In this document: one piece after another, positions 60,801-64,000 of the stretch
Layout of the letters: every line of letters starts with the position of its first letter
How positions within the stretch are numbered: the first letter of the stretch is position 1
NCBI RefSeq assembly: GCF_963676685.1
Contig: NC_092353.1
Span: forward strand, 17,918,001 to 17,982,000
Direction of reading: 5' to 3'
Source: Mytilus edulis
Lineage: Eukaryota
Length of the DNA stretch: 64,000 nucleotides
Translations under genes and position numbers: made by a program
Notes under the pieces: model-generated
What the model saw: the letters and a program-made list of their open reading frames with translations, nothing else
What the model was told of the DNA's origin: nothing
Database searches by the model: none

Positions 60801-63214
60801 AGAACATAGGGGTAAAATGCAGTTTTTGGCTTATCACTCAAAAACCAAAGCATTTAGAGCAAATCTGTCACCAGGTAAAATTGTTTATCAGGTCAAGATC
60901 TATCTGCCCTGAAATTTTCAGATGAATCTGACAACCTGTTGTTGGGTTGCTGCCCCTGAATTGGTAATTTTAAGGAAATTTTGCTGTTTTTGGTTATTAT
61001 CTTGAATATTATTATAGATAGATTAAACTGTAAACATCAATAATGTTAAGCAAAGTAAGATTTACAAATAAGTCAACATGACGGAAATGGTCAATTGACC
61101 CCTTAAGGAGTTATTGCCCTTTATAGTCAATTTTTAACCATTTTGTAAATCTTAGTTATCTTTTACAAAAACCTTCTCCTCTGAAACTACTGGGTCAAAT
61201 TAAACCAAACTTGGCCACAATCATCATTGGGGTAATTAGTTTAAAAATTGTGTCCCGTGACCTGGCCAACCAACCAAGATGGAGGCCATGGCTAAAAATA
61301 GAACATAGGGGTGAAATGTAGATTTTGGCTTATAACTCTGAAACCGCAGCCTTTAGAGCAAATTTGACATGGGGTAAAATTGTTTATCAGGTCATGATCT
61401 ATCTGCCCTGAAATTTTCAGATGAATCTGACAACCTGTTGTTGGGTTGCTGCCCCTGAATTGGTAATTTTAAGGAAATTTTGCTGTTTTTGGTTATTATC
61501 TTGAATATTATTATAGATAGATTAAACTGTAAACATCAATAATGTTAAGCAAAGTAAGATTTACAAATAAGTCAACATGACGGAAATGGTCAATTGACCC
61601 CTAAGGAGTTATTGTCCTTTATAGTCAATTTTTAACAATTTTCATAAAATTTGTAAATTTTAACTAACATTTTCCACTGAAACTACTGGGCCAAGTTCAT
61701 TATAGATAGAGATAATTGTAAGTAGCAAGAATGTTCAGTAAAGTAAGATGCACAAACACATCACCATCACCCACCAAAACACAATTTTGTCATGAATCTA
61801 TCTGCTTCCTTTGTTTAATATTCACATAGACCAAGGTGAGTGACATAGGCTCTTTAGAGCCTCTAGTTTTATGGCACCGCAATTAAGTTGTCTGTGCCAT
61901 ATAGTTTTACCCTTGTCCGTAATTCCGTAATTCCGTCATTCCACAACAAACCATTATAGATTGTTTTTTTCTTAACGCCTTCAGATATTGGGCTGATTTT
62001 TGTTATGTCAGTTTACCATGATGAGTTACAGATCAGCTTAAGTTTCGTTTCGCTCCGCTAATTTTTGCTGAAATTACGGGCTTTGGACTTTGATAAATTG
62101 TTGAAAATTACAGGGCTGATTTTTGGTATGTGAGCTAACCATGATGAGTTACAGATCAAAGGAGTAAGTTCGGTAAGGGCCATATATGGCCCCAATTATA
62201 AAGTTCATAGTTAATAAGGTAATACATGTTTAAAGTTGCCCCAAAGACATGTTAGAAAGTTAAACAGAACTGTTTTTGTCAAAGTTTAATTCTAACACGT
62301 TGATTTTTACATCCAAAAAAGGTCAAGATAAGGGATTTTGGTGAAATGAGACAAAATCAGCTAGATTTCAACCAAATAAAGGACCAGGAAACATAGAGCG
62401 CAGGCGTCGACAAGCTCAAGATTCAAATAAGACATGTGAAATGTCTTCACAAACATTAATTTAAAAGATCTTTGTTGTCGAGGTATGCGCTCTATGTTTC
62501 CTGTCCACTAATCTATGGAAATTCTACCATTTTCGTTGATTTTTTCGTGAAAAATCAATATGAGTACAACTTGTGACGTCATAATGAAACACAGAAACGT
62601 AAAATTTTCAACAAAATGGGTTATATCCTAGCTAGTCAATGTATTAGCTATAATTTATCGTGATATTGGGCGATAAATACGTATTTTAAATTTACGCTAT
62701 AAAAGGGGGCCATTTTGGGACTTTATCGAACATACTCCTTTAACTCTCGTTCTGCTATGCTAATTTTTGCCAAAATTAAGGGTTTACAACTTTGAAAGTT
62801 GATGAAAATCACAGTTATACAGATTTTTTTTCTATACACATCCAGATTTTGAGCTGATTTTTGATATGTGAGACTACCATCATGTTTGTGTCCAGATGTG
62901 TTATTGAAATTGCAGATTTTTCAACTTGTTGAGACGGGGCCATTCGTGTCACTTTGACACATCTAGTTCATTTAAAAGTTTCAATTGCTGTAAAATTGAT
63001 GAACAATTCTTCATTTTAAACATGTACAAGCATAGACATTCACACACTATTCAAGGAAATAAATTTAAAAAAAATACATTTGCTAGGAAATCTAGGAAAC
63101 ACCATATAAACTTATTTTAATGTATTTTGTTTGTAGGACCAGGAAGAATATCTCTAGCTCATCCCAGAGTAGATAAAGATATACCTTTAGATGAATTCCA
63201 AGTCTTCTCTGATG
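45837..63214 (+). CDS. XPNPEP2: Xaa-Pro aminopeptidase 2-like, gene 2 (tandem paralogue; 3' exons lie beyond the window)
   Basis: Exons: 45837-45894, 47827-47915, 48745-48861, [50670-50733 or 50762-50825 or 50854-50917], 51636-51740, 52355-52462, 53400-53546, 53904-54002, 54361-54454, 55023-55155, 55864-55980, 56577-56660, 57267-57317, 58133-58200, 58529-58678, 58912-58972, 59307-59490, 63137-63214. Intron phases match gene 1. Signal peptide [19 protein letters not shown]; motifs [50 protein letters not shown]. Confidence 0.92.
49685..50010 (-). mobile_element. Retrozyme-type repeat with a degenerate minimal type-I hammerhead ribozyme
   Basis: Minus strand 49727-49770: GCGTCA CTGATGA GTCT tttgt AGAC AAAA TGCGCG TC TGGCAT. 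This is the hammerhead core with GAAA changed to AAAA. Confidence 0.75.
50303..50544 (-). mobile_element. Short 3'-end fragment of the same Penelope-like element
   Basis: Matches about 6799-7035. Shorter or more diverged relatives lie at 254-615, 4476-4651 and 36399-36460, and in reverse orientation at 51413-51472. Confidence 0.85.
50650..51011 (+). repeat. Four tandem 92-bp units, each an acceptor + 64-nt exon 4 + donor of gene 2 (the fourth copy is frameshifted)
   Basis: Exon copies at 50670-50733, 50762-50825, 50854-50917 and 50946-51011, separated by the 28-nt spacer gtaagtatacaatatattacRattttag. Confidence 0.96.
51985..52122 (+). repeat. Two-copy ~68-bp tandem duplication
   Basis: ttgcatgtttattctgtggtttg...actccaattcaaaatg twice. 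Confidence 0.85.
52869..53034. mobile_element. Small MITE-like element with 33-bp perfect inverted repeats
   Basis: cataatatttattccaaagataatttattatgt at 52869-52901 and its reverse complement at 53002-53034. Confidence 0.7.
56105..56296. mobile_element. Small TA-flanked MITE
   Basis: tactgtggaatca...tgaatccacagta; related fragments near 14580 and 57360. Confidence 0.55.
59514..59796 (+). mobile_element. ~280-bp family 2 element
   Basis: Colinear with 30716-30987. Confidence 0.75.
60053..61870 (+). mobile_element. HINE/Helentron-type element with three ~500-bp internal tandem repeats
   Basis: 5' TTTTTAGCTCACCTGG, (CGT/CGTC)n microsatellite, units starting near 60154, 60661 and 61160, 3' sub-TIR CCAAGGTGAG, hairpin AGGCTCT-TT-AGAGCCT then CTAGTTTT. 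Confidence 0.85.
61868..62968 (+). mobile_element. Further HINE-like element interrupted by a TTAA-type MITE
   Basis: atggcac...gtgccat 5' hairpin, (ttccgtaa) microsatellite, 3' hairpin gtgtca-ctt-tgacac then ctagtt. Confidence 0.6.
62160..62739. mobile_element. TTAA-target MITE (Kolobok-like)
   Basis: Imperfect ~34-bp TIRs AGGAGTAAGTTCGGTAAG.../...TTTATCGAACATACTCCT; flanks tcaa and ttaa. Confidence 0.7.
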
Positions 63215-63317
63215 GTATGTTAGCACACACATGTATTAATAAGAGTACCTGTATAAGAAAATTATTAAGTTATACTTTCTCTTCTAAATTTATACAGATC
63301 AATAAGGAAGAAAAGTA

Positions 63318-63892
63318 CGGTGCAGTCTGGTGTATCCGCCCACCTAAGACTCATGACCACTTCATTCAACTAATAAAACTAATAATTGGATCATTCATAA
63401 CATACTTTTATTTCTTAAATCTTCTGTTTGTATGGTTTCATCCTGAGGATTTTGAGTAAAGAGTGTCCAAAATTAGGGAAACCTCTGCTCTGAGAGTTCC
63501 TCCAATGTCAGGTGTTTTCGCACATGCTTTACAAAAATAGCTTATTTTGAAAAAAGGAGAGAATTTATACTACGAAATATAGCTGAATTTGAACCAAACA
63601 CACTGCCAAGGATGCAGAGCAAAAATTCGTTCAATCTGATATAAATTTGACTTAGATAAAAACAAATTTTATCTGATGATATATTTTTTTTAATGGAAAT
63701 TGACCAAATATGGTAAATCATGGGATTGGAGTTATTAATGAACTCTTGAACTTATCAATTTTATTCTTTTTTTATCCCTTCGGAAGGCTAAAACAATAAC
63801 ACAAACAATTTTATTTATATTTACTGTGTTGATATGACGAAATCAGCTAATGCGCTATATCATCTGCTGCACAGACACAGGTGACTCCACTG
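63318..63892. mobile_element. Tc1/mariner-type non-autonomous element
   Basis: TA-CGGTGCAGTC...GACTCCACTG-TA imperfect TIRs with TA flanks; second copy at 10386-11289. Confidence 0.7.
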
Positions 63893-64000
63893 TAAACATA
63901 AATACATTGTTTATGTTAATTAAAAAGGAGTGTAGAAACCCATAATTCTATCAACTTTGTTATTTGCAATACACCTTATTGCTATTTGGAAATCTGTCTT

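Noticed and set aside
892-63459. Most 60-110 aa ORFs in the supplied track
   Set aside because: Chance ORFs in AT-rich introns and repeats, or partial overlaps with real exons (for example 20985, 21381, 38866, 53414, 54901, 59286, 63127)

Overview
AT-rich, intron-rich eukaryotic DNA. The repeat families (SECIS-bearing Penelope-like elements, a hammerhead retrozyme repeat, Helentron-type elements with satellite cores) point to a bivalve, probably Mytilus; this is an inference. The window holds two tandem + strand paralogues of membrane-type Xaa-Pro aminopeptidase (aminopeptidase P, M24B, XPNPEP2-like). Gene 1 is complete: 4091-43650, 22 exon positions, about 714-717 aa, with a signal peptide, an RYKR propeptide site and a GPI-type tail. 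Gene 2 starts at 45837 and runs off the right edge. The locus shows four separate exon-duplication events of different ages. Two pairs of apparently mutually exclusive exons lie in the catalytic domain of gene 1, one pair only 23 nt apart. A fresh 3x64-bp duplication moved a splice donor. Gene 2 has a 4x92-bp array of whole exon cassettes. Gene 2 keeps one variant of each catalytic exon and lacks the intron after the 17b-type exon. The last intron of gene 1 carries a 1,470-bp TGT...ACA element with 114-bp perfect TIRs and a 4-bp TSD (Ginger-like) that has captured an open C-terminal fragment of the replication licensing gene CDT1. All exon coordinates were read by hand from GT-AG boundaries and frame continuity; no transcript data were available.
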